Below are positions 1 to 13,199 of a stretch of DNA of 64,000 bases, one piece after another (the first letter of the stretch is position 1; each line of letters opens with the position of its first letter). This stretch comes from Octopus vulgaris (taxonomy: Eukaryota). The notes below the pieces were generated by a model that was not told where the DNA came from, ran no database searches, and saw only the letters and a list, made by a program, of their open reading frames with translations. The stretch spans positions 101,494,001 to 101,558,000 of the forward strand of contig OX597823.1 of assembly GCA_951406725.2 (NCBI GenBank), read 5' to 3'. Made by a program: the position numbers and the translations under genes.

Positions 1-555
1 GAAAAGAAGACAAAGAAAATTCTTTAAAAGAATTTTCTTTGTTGTCTTCTTTTAATTGTGATCTAAACGAATAGGTACGCTGGGTAAGTGCTATGGTTGG
101 TCGACCAATTAGTTCCCGTAATCACAGCTAAGGCTGGATCTAGAGATCTGTGTTAGAGTTCCGTTATAGCATGTATATATTATATTAGAGGAAAAATCAA
201 AACCAAAGCAGAACGAGTATCTCAAATCTCTAATTAGGGTAAGATGAATTTGAAGTCTTTCAGCCGCTTCTATCATAACCCAAGTGGTAGGTTAGCATGT
301 CCACGCACTGGGTATTCCGTCATCAGACACAATGTATGAATATTTTAGACAGGGAAAATTTACAGTTTACAAGGAATAGAATTCACAGTTTATAAGGAAT
401 AAAATAGAAGAGTAAAAGTAGTTAGAAGACTGTATTTAGGCAGGAAAATAACTGTAAGACTTCAATATCTGTACGACTTCAAATTCGCCTTACCATAATT
501 AAATTATTTTAAATGACTTGAGATACTTGGTTTTAATTTTCCTCTAATATCATAT

Positions 556-634
<79 letters not shown>

Positions 635-635
<1 letters not shown>

Positions 636-857
636 TTTATTTAAAGCAGCAGAAAATTCAACAAAATATGTTACTCTGAGTTTCCCGTTGCCGTTCATGA
701 ATTTGAAGTCTTAAAAACTGTCCGATGAACGGCAACGGGAAACTCAGAGTAACAGATTTTGTTGAATTTTCTGCTGCTTTAAATAAAGCATATTACTCTA
801 CCACTGGTATTTGAGTACTCTTTTTTCCACCTTGTTTCACATTTATGTGTTTACTCC

Positions 858-859
<2 letters not shown>
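635..859 (+). mobile_element. Fold-back mini-element (PLE pLTR-like) inserted in (TA)n; 64-bp inverted arms plus 3' tail
   Basis: Arms 635-698 and 725-788 are reverse complements with one mismatch. The tail 789-859 runs into (TA)n, and (TA)n also lies upstream. Clearly homologous to 31490-31700. Confidence 0.8.
718..755 (+). ncRNA. Minimal type-I hammerhead-like motif, variant core CCGAUGA
   Basis: CTGT-CCGATGA-ACGGCAACGG-GAAA-CTCAGAG-TA-ACAG: stem I CTGT/ACAG, quasi-palindromic stem III, GUA site. U4 is replaced by C and stem II is weak, so it may be inactive. Confidence 0.6.
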
Positions 860-896
<37 letters not shown>

Positions 897-927
897 CATA
901 TATATATATACGTATGTATGTATGCAC

Positions 928-987
<60 letters not shown>

Positions 988-1708
988 ACAATTTAATAAA
1001 TAAAACATATGCATACATACATATATGTACATACCTACATCTATATGTATATATACATGCATATATGAGTACAGGACACCACAAATAAACGTAGAACACA
1101 ACGAGAAACGAAAACAAAATCAAACGAGGAAACGGACTTTTTTTAACAACGAAAAAAACAGAGTACAAGACAAACAATACAAGGAACATTCCCCTTCTTC
1201 AGCTGCCCCTGTTTCGACTCAATGCGTGTTTCGAAGGTAAGGGCAGAACACGACCACGCCGAAGCAATTCTTCCCGCAAAATGAATTAAATAAAATATTT
1301 TGCAGAGGGGTAAAAAAAGTGACAAGTACAGGACGTAAAAGCAATACAAATGAAGAAAAAACAGTACAAATAAAGATAAAAACAGTAAAAGACAGGACAA
1401 GGAAACCAGCAATAAGAGCTTTTTTAAGCCTAGACGGTGGAAAAATTCGTTAGACCGTTTCTGAAGATCGGCTGCGGAAGAGAGAAAAAAGCCGATGCTG
1501 ACAAGTAGAAAGCTGTGGGCAGAAAGAAAGTTAGTAGCCGTCCGGTCAGAGACGAGAGAGAGGAGGAGGAGTGAGAGAGAGGAGAAGAAACCAGAAAGGG
1601 TGAAAAATAAGAAGGAGAGAGACAGGTAGAGAGGAAGACAGACAGGCAGGGAGGAAAGGTCAAGTAAAGAGTTAAGAGAAGAGAGATAGAGAGAGAGAAA
1701 ATGGATGT

Positions 1709-1750
<42 letters not shown>

Positions 1751-1799
1751 GGATAGATAGATGCATGCATACATACATTCATACATACTTGATATGGAC

Positions 1800-1832
<33 letters not shown>

Positions 1833-2099
1833 TGTATGTATGTATGTATGTATGTATACGTATGTGTGAGAGAGAAAAAAAACAGCGGCTTAATTAAATT
1901 AAAAGTTAGAAATTGTATTCAGTAGCAGGTTTCAGAAAGTGACCACACTCTAATACTCCTTAAAATATGTTTAGGAAATACCAAATACGAATGTTGAATA
2001 TACAGCTTCTCACAGTTCAGAGCAACAAAGAAGAATACACGGTAAGGGATAAAAATAAATATGCAGTGCTGCAATACTTAAACATAGAACCCAGTAGGA

Positions 2100-2330
2100 A
2101 AGACGCAAGGAGTGTATAAACATTATAATATAGACTACAATGCCACATTCAGAGGTAGTAGATAAGAAATGGATAACAGATGAGATTAAGTCTCTTATGA
2201 GAAAGAAAAGAATGAAGAGTGTCAATGACAGGAAATACCAAAAACCGACTCAAAAGATGAAAAGGAAATGTGATCAGACAAACGTACGGTGGTTGGAGGA
2301 AGAATGTGATAAGACTGGGAAACTATTCCA
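2100..2330 (+). pseudogene. Degenerate non-LTR retrotransposon ORF2 fragment (EN-RT linker)
   Basis: KKWITDEIKSLMRKKR...RWLEEEC resembles the linker of RTE-type LINEs. Confidence 0.4.
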
Positions 2331-2782
2331 CAGGGATTCACATAGGTGCAACTCATTTTGCAACCACATCATTCCAGGTTCAGTCTTACTGCGCGGCTCT
2401 CTGGGCAAGCGTTTTCTATTATGACTCCGGGCTGACGATAAATGCCTTGTGAATGAAAGTGGGAGACGAAAACTGACTGGAAGCCAGTCGCGCGCGTGTG
2501 TGTGTGTGGTGTATGTGTGTGTGTGTATGTATGTATGTATTTATGTATGTATATATGTGTGTGTGTGAGTGTATGCATGTATGTATTATATGTATGTATC
2601 AGCAAACGTGTAAAGCCTATAAATGTTGCACATATATGATTTATTACATGGATACTTAAGATTTAACCAAAGAAGTTAGTAACTGTAGAAGGAGGCAACT
2701 GGCAGTATCCTGCCTGTTGCCTCCTGAGAAGCACAAGCTTCAAACACTTTGTGATATCTGGAAAGGAATGTGTCGAGACGGC

Positions 2783-2862
<80 letters not shown>

Positions 2863-4313
2863 CACAAACTGGCCTTACCATCTGGCTATCGAAAGATCGA
2901 CTGGATAATGTGCTATGCTCAGTGTGGAATAAGATGTGGGTGGACGCTTGCAGACGTGGTTTATGAAGAACAGCTATACACGCACACGCACACGCGCGCA
3001 TGTTTCAGTTGCAAAAAGAAGTCGGCTTACAAGCTGCCATCAGTGATGACCTGTAAACTGAAACTGAAGTGACTGTAAAAACACTAAAAATACTAAAAAA
3101 GTATTGAGTGATCTTTATATTGAATTGTTTTTATACGTTACTTTAAATTAAATAAATAGTAATACCTATCTATGTATATATCTATCTATACACACATACA
3201 CACTCACCCACACACACAATTATATGCATTACGTGTGAGCTTTCGCGTTACATAATTTATCAACATTCTCTAGAAAGAATCGTTGACACAGCAGAGATTT
3301 GGACACCGTCATAGTGCTTCACGAAAATAAAGATGCCATCCAATGATATAGCGTCACGATATTATTTAGATTTTAACCTATTACTAACGATAATAGAGAA
3401 CTTGTGCGTATTCTTCCTAAATGCTGATATATTAATCTTTCAGCTGGAAGTCTTCCCTTGATAGATACATTGTCAACATTTCCGTTGCATTGTCAGGCGA
3501 TAACTTTCTTCTTTCTTTATGAAATTTTTCCCTTTCAAATCTGTTCAGATAATTTATGCAATATACAGCTCCATCAGCTGGAGTCATTGTAAATGGTTTA
3601 ATAACATTAAAATTTTTCACCTGGTAGGATGTCATGGATATGTTCTGGATCAGCTTCTTCAGATGGAAAGAGGTTTTAGTGTACACTACAGTATAGTCAG
3701 AGCCGTTTTCAGGCAAGGCCATTCTAGGCAGTTACCAAGAGGCTTCACGATTCAAGACCATCTCGGGTGTCTTGTGACCTCACAGTTCTAGAGGCCCAAC
3801 TCTGATCTGCGTATGATGTAGCTTGTTGTCATTAAATAAATATGCTTTGGGGCAAGTACTTTGATTTGCCCGGGATCCTATAATGCTGCTAAGCAGCCTT
3901 GCAGCCAACTGTTACTTGCGATAGAATATGAGTTGGTAGCATGTAACAAGCTTTGGTAAATTGTTTTGGGTATCAATGCAGTCGCAAGCAGACAGACATT
4001 TTCTCGATCCTCTCGATTAATCCAGTGGCATATGCAAGCTGTGACAGCAGGAGAAAGAGTGAAAGAGGAAGAGTGGAAGAGGAAGAAGAAATAAATATAT
4101 ATATGTATATATGTATATATGTATATATGTATATATGTATATATATAGATGTATATATATATATATATTAAAAGAATCTGCTGTTATCTTTTACTGGTTT
4201 CAACCTAAGGCTGGGACCATGCTAAAGTATCGCCTTTTGGGGTTCTCTTTCTGTACAGTTTTTGATGAAGGAGCGAATTTGACGGAGCCGCTCTTCTTTG
4301 TACTAAAAACTTA

Positions 4314-4450
4314 AGTTGATTTATGATAATTTGTAATAAAAATAGTTGATTTATGGTGATTTGTAATAAAAATAGTTGATTTATGATAATTTGTAATAAA
4401 AATAGTTGATTTATGGTGATTTGTGCTAAAAACCTAAGTTGATTTATGGT
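4314..4450. repeat. 30-bp minisatellite, about 4.5 copies with alternating variants
   Basis: Unit AGTTGATTTATG(ATAA/GTGA)TTTGTAATAAAAAT at 4314, 4344, 4374 and 4404, partial at 4437. Confidence 0.9.
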
Positions 4451-4935
4451 TGAGTTTGAACTTAAAGCAGAGCAGCCACCAAACTACATATAAAGCAAAA
4501 CAGGCGATTTTCATCGTTTGCCAACGTTTATATTTTATTTACTGTTTTTGTTCTTGTATGTGTATGCGTATGTATTTATTATATTTGTGTACACGTGGAA
4601 TAGAATATGTACTCAATTACGGTAATATTTGGCTACGCACTAAATGATTATCAAATCTAATACGCATTGTATGCCATTATATAATTCACGTTGGCTGTTC
4701 TAATGTAGAATGTGTGTACGTTTATCCAACGTTGTATGTTCGTCAATTTATGTGATGTAGTGTTGATGATCGCGTGTGTGTGTGAGTGCGCGCGCGTGTC
4801 ATAGAATACGTAAGCTTAAGTAGTGTGTGTCATTTATTTCGGGTATGGTACGTCTCTGTGTTTGTATAATAGTATGTGTATCTCTATTCTTTGATATATT
4901 TTCATATATGCGTATGCGGGTCTATATATATAAAT

Positions 4936-5000
<65 letters not shown>

Positions 5001-5285
5001 CATATATATATATGCTACGTATGCTTTATATGCCTTATGATTTTGCATATCTTTGTGTAAATGTGTGAATTTTGGTATATGAATAGGAAAGAATTTTTGC
5101 AATGTCTTGAAACTTAACTTTTCTATGTGCACATATGTGAGCGTATGTGTGTGTGTGTGTGTGCAAATACTCCGAGAGAGAAAGAGAAAGAGAGAGAGAG
5201 AGAGAGAGAGTAAGAAATAAGAATACATGTGTGTAAATATGAATGTTTATGCGTAAGCATATTAATATATACGCATGTACATCTA

Positions 5286-5286
<1 letters not shown>

Positions 5287-5339
<53 letters not shown>

Positions 5340-5347
5340 CATCATCA

Positions 5348-5414
<67 letters not shown>

Positions 5415-5437
5415 TATTGTTATTGTTATTATTATTA
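5287..5437. repeat. (ATT)n/(ATC)n microsatellite
   Basis: Directly visible; source of the poly-Y/L/I pseudo-ORFs. Confidence 0.95.
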
Positions 5438-6299
5438 ATTTGAAGTTCATGTGTTTGAGTGAGTGTATAAACAAGGGCTACTTAGTTTTAATGTTTAGTA
5501 TAGGATGTTAGAAAGTGTTTAACCTCTTTAGAAGGGTCAGATGGGAAATATCTGGAAGTAGCAGTTTATAATAACGTTGTCTCGTTGTCGCAACCAATTA
5601 CTCAAATATGTGACATTTGAAAAGAAGCCAAAATAAGACGTATTAGTTGCGTAACAATGTTCACATGAACGTCTGCAATATAACTTAGTTTCGTCTATGT
5701 ACATTGTTTATGTATTCCTTTATTCTGTTAGTCGTTTATTCTTTCGCTGGTTTCATGCATTGGTTGGCGGCCATGTTAGTGCACCAATTTTCCCTATTGA
5801 ACTAGGAACTAGTTTAGCAAATTTGAAACGAGATATCATTGAACTGGAGACCAATGTAGTTGAGCATGTCTAGCCGGAATTTCCAAATCAGAAGCTTACT
5901 CACTTCGCCATTAGCTGTTTATCGAAGCGCTAAGTTAGGCGACAGAAAGTGACATAACGCCATACTGGAAGACTGATTTAGTTACAGATTCGATCGAGAT
6001 GCACTACTGCATTTTTACCTTTTTTAAGTTATTAGACTACCACCATACAGGGGCAAGGCTTTCAGTCGCTTAGCTAACAAATCAACCTTCCCTATTAATA
6101 TGGTATTTATTTTATCAAACTCTGCTTGGCGAAACGTTAAGTTACGGCTCATAAAATGACACAACACTGGTAGATTGAACACGTTTAAGCCAGTTCATTT
6201 TTCTCGGGTTCGCAATGTATTTAGGGATACAATAGAACAATTACAGCAATCCCCAAAATATACAAAAGAAATTGCATAAACTACCTGCATCAACTTGTT

Positions 6300-7186
6300 A
6301 TAAAAGCAGGTAGTAAATTTTATCTTAACATTATTCTTAGTGCAAGTTTTGTGCAGTTCGAGTGCAGTTCGATTTAAACAGTTATATTTTGAAAGTTATA
6401 TTTTCGATTTTAACAGTTATATTTTCAAATAGAAGTGACAAAGGAGCATATTTCTCATATTTTGCTTTATTATGAATTCAATAAAGTAACAACGCAAGGG
6501 TAAGTGCGAGGAATATCAATAACAGTATATGGGGATCTGACAATAAGCGCGAACCAGTAACTGGTGACGAGAAATGGGTTCTCTATAAAAATGTCAAGCA
6601 CCGAAGACATTGAGTAGGGAAAAGAGAAACACTGGCACTCCAGGCTAAAGAAGGTCTCCCCCCCCGCCCACGTAAGGTGTTGCTATCTGTTTGGTGGGAT
6701 ATGAAAGGTTTAGTCCACTTTGAAATTTTAAACCCAAGCCAAACGATAAAAAAGATCTACTGCGAGCAGCTTGAGCGGCGTAAGTTAGCGCTGAAAGAAA
6801 AACGACCATCTTTGGTTTCAAGACGAAAGGTGTTCTTCCATCAGGATAATGCTCGACTACATATAGCGAGGATGACATTCCAAAGGCTGGAACAGTCTGA
6901 ATGGGAAATTATACCACACTCACCATATTCGCATGATATTACCCCATCTGATTATTATTTATTCCGCAGTCTTTAAAATCATTTGGACAGAAAAATATGA
7001 ATTGTATAGACGAGGTCAGAACAGTACTGGAAAAGTATTTTTCGTCACGGACAAATGAATTTTGGAAGAGGAGCCTTGCAAGATGGTAGAGCATTGTAGA
7101 AAATGGAGAGTATACTTTAGATTAAAAAAGAAATTTGTTTATCTTAATTTCGAAAAATAAAAGAAGCATAAAAAACTGCATTATTT
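6300..7186 (+). mobile_element. Degenerate, internally deleted mariner (DD34D) transposon
   Basis: Remnant N-terminus EVTKEHI.HILL at about 6430, TGDEKW at about 6560, ORF 6677-6976 with WWDMKG, HQDNAR and HSPYSHDITPSDYYLF. Multiple stops and frameshifts; boundaries approximate. Confidence 0.85.
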
Positions 7187-7249
7187 ATATACATACATAC
7201 ACAGATGTACACATACATACATGCACACATACATACACACACAGACACA

Positions 7250-7329
<80 letters not shown>

Positions 7330-7469
7330 CTTGTGTGTGTGTGTTTGTGTGTACGTATGCATATATATATGTATATACATATGTGAATATATATACGTTA
7401 TATACATATGCACTTTGCTTATATTTTGGTATAAAAATATAAAAGCACTGATTACAAACTAGTATCATA

Positions 7470-8040
7470 TATCAGTGGGGTCTACTGCGGGCTTAATTAT
7501 GTATGGCATTTTCAATCGACTGCACTCGTCAGTGGTTTGAGAAACATTATTTTAACGGTGGAAACAGTATTCATTATGATCAGTGGGATTTCAGAAAATT
7601 GCGTAATCGGAAGAGTCAACTGTCATCCGTCATAGATAGGGGAGATCCTCTTTGAAATCCATTGAGAAAGAACCTAAACATGTGCCAACACACCGAAATA
7701 ATCTCGGTTCTTCAATCTCTAATTCTGATTGTGTGGCCAATTAATCAGAGTTTGTTTCTAAAACAGAGATCACAGTAATTCGATTAGTTTATATATGCCT
7801 GCGTATACCTTTGAAAACTCTGCCTACGATGACGTGGTATAAGCTATGTCCCACGATTTTGAAATGTTGTACCAAAAATTTTTGAAGTAGTCCTTTTCAG
7901 TGTATGATAAGAGATAGCGACAGAGATATTACGTAAACGAATGTTGATTTGGTGGAAGGCTCTCTTCTGCGTTAATCTCTTCAAGTTTCTCTCTATGGTC
8001 AGCTGCCATCTCTAACAAACGCGTTGTCTGCTTAGTGAGA
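7470..8040 (-). pseudogene. Highly degenerate Penelope-like GIY-YIG C-terminal fragment
   Basis: Frameshifted minus-strand remnants CDLC... and ...EIISVCWHM resemble the PLE C-terminal C.LC..EK...LN.R.E.ISKCRH motif. Confidence 0.4.
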
Positions 8041-9017
8041 TTCGCTTGACCATCAGTGACGCTCTCTTTCACTACACTGACTTTAACTTCCTCACCTCAT
8101 ATGTTTCATTTTTCTATATCTGTTCATACCTCCATGTCATAGAACTCCTCCTCCCTCCCCCTGCCTTTTCTTTTCTACCACGGTTCTTCCTTCCTACGTC
8201 GCATATATATTCCTCCCTTTCCATGCCTTTCGTTCTTATTCTTCCTCCTCTCTTCCTTCAACCGTTTAATTCTCTAGCATTACTATATGAACTGCTTTTG
8301 CCGATTTTCTCTTCATGAGGGAAGCCGAACTTATTCCGTCCCCTTGTGATTGTTTATTGATAGCATACTCAAGACTTTTTGCATATTCCATCTGAAAATC
8401 ATGAATATTACGAGCTACCTGAAACAGCTGTCGAATAAAGAAACTACATATCCTACTTTAAGCATTCTGTATTTTGTATGCTCTATATAAATATATTTAT
8501 ATGTATGTATATGTTTACGTATATATGTGTTCATCTTTCTGAATGTATGTAGATATACTTGTGTATGTGTGTGTGTGTGAGTGCGTGTGTGCGTGCGTGT
8601 ATGCGTGTTTGTCTGTCTGTGTCTGTGTGTATATGCTTGTATTTGGCAAGCCTAATTGTGTATATCTGTAAAACTACCTTCACATGAGCTCGACTTGGAT
8701 TTCTCTTATGGCTACTTTTAACGCAATGGACCTGGTTCTGGATGAACAATTTTGGAATTTAATTTCAAATTCATTTGAGTACTATCAATTGTTTTCTCTA
8801 CTAAGCATGTCCAGTTTCCAGCTATTGTCTGTGTCTACACACATGCGCGCGCACACAGATATAGGCACACACTCACAAACGCACTCGACACAAGGCACCT
8901 ACACAGACGCACACTGAGACACACTGACACACAGACACAATATAGACATACATATAAGATGCTAATTAATAACACACATACATATATACGCATAGACAAA
9001 CACACAGGTACATGTGC

Positions 9018-9071
<54 letters not shown>

Positions 9072-9116
9072 CACATACATACATACATATACACACATAT
9101 ATATATATATATATAC

Positions 9117-9157
<41 letters not shown>

Positions 9158-9655
9158 TATATATATATATATATGTATATATGTATATATATATATGTAT
9201 ATATATACAAACCCACATGTACATGCGCTGTCTATACACATTCAAATAACGATCATAATAATGAAAGCAACTTGAAACCGAATAAACGCAACCGTGTCCA
9301 ACGTTTTCCAACGCCTCTGAAACGAAGAAGTGAGTCATAGAGAAAGAATGCTGCTTCACGTCTTTAGTTCTGTTTTATCCCCTTTTTCATTATTTTTAAT
9401 CACCTTCACTTCAAAATGATTACATGGGTGTGTGTGTGAGAGTACATACACATACAAACACATACACAAACACACACGCACACACACGCACAAACCACAC
9501 ACGCATACACACACACAAATGTATAAATATATGTGTGTGTGTGCATGTGTGTATATATATATCCCCACTCATATATATACACATATATACATACACACAT
9601 ATACGTGTATGTATATATGTATATATATGTGGTGTGTGTATATCTATCTATCTAT

Positions 9656-9686
<31 letters not shown>

Positions 9687-10092
9687 TATATACATACATA
9701 TATACATACACGTATGTACCTGTACATGTATGTGTGGTTCTGTGGAGTATGGCTCACGCACGCACACACATACACGCACATATACATGCATATATGAATA
9801 TATATATTTATGTATAAATGCGTGTATAATTTTATGTATATCCATACGTGCATACATATATTCTCACACGCATATGTAATGTGTACATATAAGTATTATA
9901 TATATACTGCATTCTAGTTAAACATTTACATCGGATTTACAGAGGAAATTATTGAAACGCAATTTAGGGTTAATATGGCGTCCCACTGAGATTAATTAAG
10001 GCCATTATTTACTTAAGTATTTTACCCTAGTCGTCTGTCTGATATTGAACATTAATTTGCAGGAAATGGTCATATGAATCGAGGCTTTGATT

Positions 10093-10143
<51 letters not shown>

Positions 10144-10344
10144 ACATTCATACATACATGCATACATACATGCATCGATGTGATTAATCATAAATTCCAA
10201 CGAGAGTAACAAGGCAAATCATTTCTATTGGCCAGACATGAATTCAAGGTTTTTTATTTATTTATTTATTTTCTTTTTTGCCGTTTTGTTTTAAATCTTG
10301 GTGCGCACTCATATTTATATACCCTGAGATAGTATTTAGAGTAA

Positions 10345-10547
10345 GGGCTGTAAGCTGGCATAATCGTTAGCGAAATACTTAGCGGTATTACGTCCGTTTT
10401 TACTTTCTGAGTTCTAATTCCATCGAAGTCATCTTTAACTTTTATCATTTCGTGTTTGATAAAATAATTTCAGGTGAACTTTGAGGTCCAGGCAATCGAC
10501 TTGCTCCTCTCCCCCGAAATTGCTGGCCTTGTGCCAAAACTTGAAAT
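10345..10547 (+). mobile_element. Degenerate tRNA-derived SINE (related to 58325-58555)
   Basis: A box TGGCATAATCG and B box GAGTTCTAATTCC; central domain similar to the 58325-58555 copy. Confidence 0.65.
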
Positions 10548-11289
10548 CTATAAGTACCCTAATATATTAATTACCTTTCTTGTAGGGATAGTGGGAAAGT
10601 TGACCTCGGCAAAGTACAAACAGTAACTTGGCGGTTTTTTTTTCTACGCTCCAGACTTGTTTTTAACAGAAAACAATCTGGTATTAGTACTGCCTCTGTC
10701 GCTAATATACACGAAAAAAAAATCTAACTTGTTAATCGCGACACAAGCGTCTGTCCTGGCACTGTCAGTCTATATATCGCTGGAGGGGAGATGAACCGCG
10801 ACAGCCTCTGACTGTCGAGTGTCTATCATGGGTATGATCGAACAAGGACGAAATCACGTAATCTAGTGATCTCAGCGGGGATTTATCTCCCCCTCCCTAA
10901 CGATATAAACAAGAGTGGATTTTGCACCAAAAAGCCAATACGAGAGTCTCTCATGGCAACTACTGTAGTAAAGCTTGTTCTAACAGAACACCCACGTTGA
11001 AATGGAGATAAATCATGGAAATGTATATCTGTGTATGTCTGTGTTGGGAAGTGACAGTGTACCTCGGTTATCGTATATGCCTACTTCTTACATAAATAAA
11101 TAGTATAAGGCAAGCCATAGTTAAGAGGTTAAGAAGTTTGCTTTGCAACCATGTAGTTTCGGTTTCAATCCCACATCAGACTTATCATGAATGCCAGAAA
11201 GTCAATTGTGGCCCACGACGATTCATTTTGAGTGAAAAAAGAAGGTGACCCATTGTTCGACTTGGATACCCTTAAGAGACGTAGCCATC

Positions 11290-11530
11290 CATCCACATAG
11301 ATCGGCCCACTATAAGAACGACGACCTGGCTATCTCCAACCAACAGGTTCCGGAAGGACTTGATAAAAATATTTAAGGAGTTCGGCCCGTCCATAACGGT
11401 TATCACCAACCTGACTACGGTCGATTTCTTAGAAGTAACCTTAGAACTGAGCAAAGGCAAGTATTACCCGTACAGGAAACCTAACGAGGATACTGTAAAC
11501 ATCCACAAGAGCTACAAACCAACCCTATGA
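11290..11530 (+). pseudogene. Penelope-like reverse transcriptase fragment
   Basis: Translates to YKNDDLAI... and VDFLEVTLELSKGKYYPYRKPNEDTVNIHK, typical of PLE RT motif C to the thumb region. Confidence 0.65.
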
Positions 11531-12358
11531 GCAAGACCCAACATTTACTAACTCTCAACGCTTACCAATCCCCACACTGATATGCATGCTTACATGCAAG
11601 AGAATATGCATATGTACATACGAGTGAATACTCATGTGTATATGTGTGTATGTGCGCATGTGTGTGCATGATACGTATGCGTGTATATTTGTATGCGTTT
11701 GCGCGTGCATATTCGTATAAGCGTATGTGTGTGTGTGCGTGTGTATGTAGACGTGCGGATGCATGGCCATGTACAGATGTGCACGCTCGCATCAATACAC
11801 ACATGCACACAAAACCATATGAGCGCATCTACACGCACATAAACTATATACTTGCACATGCCGCCCCTTCCTGCTCCCCCAACAACCGAACCGATTTCTT
11901 AATTGCCACGTGGTCAATTTCCTGTTCACCATGCTGTATTTTCCAACTAACTGTTACCCATGTACCAACATCAAGCCACAATACCGCGTGACCTTCCTCG
12001 ACCACTCGCAGTCCACCTTTCGGAAATAACAAACAAATTCTATCCTCCAAATTCCAAATGACTGACGACTAGCATCACGCTTGAAACTCAGGAGAACCAA
12101 TGAATTTGAATCAAGCTGTTTTGATTCATACATGTAACTCTTAATAAATTTGTTGAGTGCCCTTCGTCCGTTTGTCCACACATATAAGTAGAAAGAATAG
12201 CCAAAACTCTTTGACTACTATTTCTAAATTCGGTGTGTGGTGAGGCAAATCGTTGCTAAACCCTTACTATATATATATATATATATATTTGTAAAAAATG
12301 AAGTTTGAAAATGCTGCTATATTAGACAAATTTTTAATTTTTATATATACATTATTTA

Positions 12359-12401
12359 TTTAACATGTTTCGGTTCTTGAAATGACGAACCTTATCAGAA
12401 A
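12359..12401 (-). ncRNA. Hammerhead-like motif in 3' pLTR (core CUGAUAA); second copy at 16723-16765 (CCGAUAA)
   Basis: Minus strand TTT-CTGATAA-GGTTC(loop)GAACC-GAAA-CATG-TT-AAA with palindromic stem III. The C3/A8 mismatch suggests impairment. Confidence 0.55.
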
Positions 12402-12695
12402 AAATTTTTATATATAAAAAAGATAGTTCATGCTATCAAATATAAAAAATTCATATATAATAAAAAAATTCATATATAGTGAAGCGAGTCCATGCTATAT
12501 GTTTAAAGAGTATGATGTAGTAGTTCATAGTGGTGATATGCATTCAATATAAAAAATTAATGTTCTTGAAAAAGCGAGGAATTAATTTTAGGTTTTACCT
12601 TGTGTTCCAATGGGAGCAACTGTGGTGACTTTTGGTTGGTGTCTGTTCGAATAGTTCTGGTGAATCTTGTGAATTGTTTGGGTTTTATATCACCT

Positions 12696-13075
12696 GTTAG
12701 GTGGCTAGTCCAGCGGAACGAGACGTCATCAAAGTTTTGACCAATCGTCTCGTTAGGTGGCTAGTCCAGCAGAACGGGACGTCATCAATGTTTTGACCAA
12801 TCAGAATCGGGTCTGTCCTATAGCTGTTTTAGATCTGACCCATGTCTGTATCCTGTTAGGTGGCTAGTCCAGCGGAACGTGACGTCATCACTGTTTTGAC
12901 CAATCATCCCGTTAGGTGGCTAGTCCAGCAGAACGAGACGTCATCAATGCTTTGGCCAATCAGAATCGGGTCTGACCCTTAGCTGTATCGTATGTGGAAA
13001 CCGACCAAGCAGGGTGACAATAGATTGCCCACTGAGGTAATACGTCATCAGTTTCTTGACGAATCAGGATTAGAT
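12696..13075. repeat. Tandem array in PLE 3' UTR carrying GACGTCA and CCAAT motifs
   Basis: Four copies of GTTAGGTGGCTAGTCCAGC(G/A)GAACGNGACGTCATCANNGNTTTGNCCAATC at about 12696, 12752, 12855 and 12911, plus a degenerate fifth. Confidence 0.85.
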
Positions 13076-13199
13076 CTGCTTGTAAAGATCTTTTTATGAA
13101 TTTTTTCCTTTCCCTAAGACATATTTCTGTCAGTGTGAGTGACTGTTTAAGGCAGCGGCCGTGGTGGAGTTTCGCTTCTACTTTTCGGAGGACCAATCT

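Noticed and set aside
240-335. Minus-strand CTGATGA...GAAA hammerhead candidate
   Set aside because: Stems I and III do not pair convincingly; at best a decayed remnant.
1175-1260. Minus-strand CTGAAGA plus two GAAAC motifs in a TA-flanked repeat
   Set aside because: No GAAA follows the putative stem II, so hammerhead topology could not be closed.
3432-3900. Possible coding remnant on the minus strand
   Set aside because: No recognisable motif; cannot be assigned without a search.
504-10212. Numerous ORFs rich in YI, HT, CV, LS or RE dipeptides (also throughout the window)
   Set aside because: They are translations of (TA)n, (CA)n, (GA)n and tetranucleotide microsatellites, not genes.
11844-12260. 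Overlapping short ORFs next to the PLE 3' end
   Set aside because: No recognisable domain; likely decayed repeat.
12696-13075. CRISPR-like appearance of regularly spaced repeats (also 4314-4450, 33170-33420, 58640-59068)
   Set aside because: Eukaryotic context, intervening sequences are themselves repeated or degenerate rather than unique spacers, and there are no cas genes.
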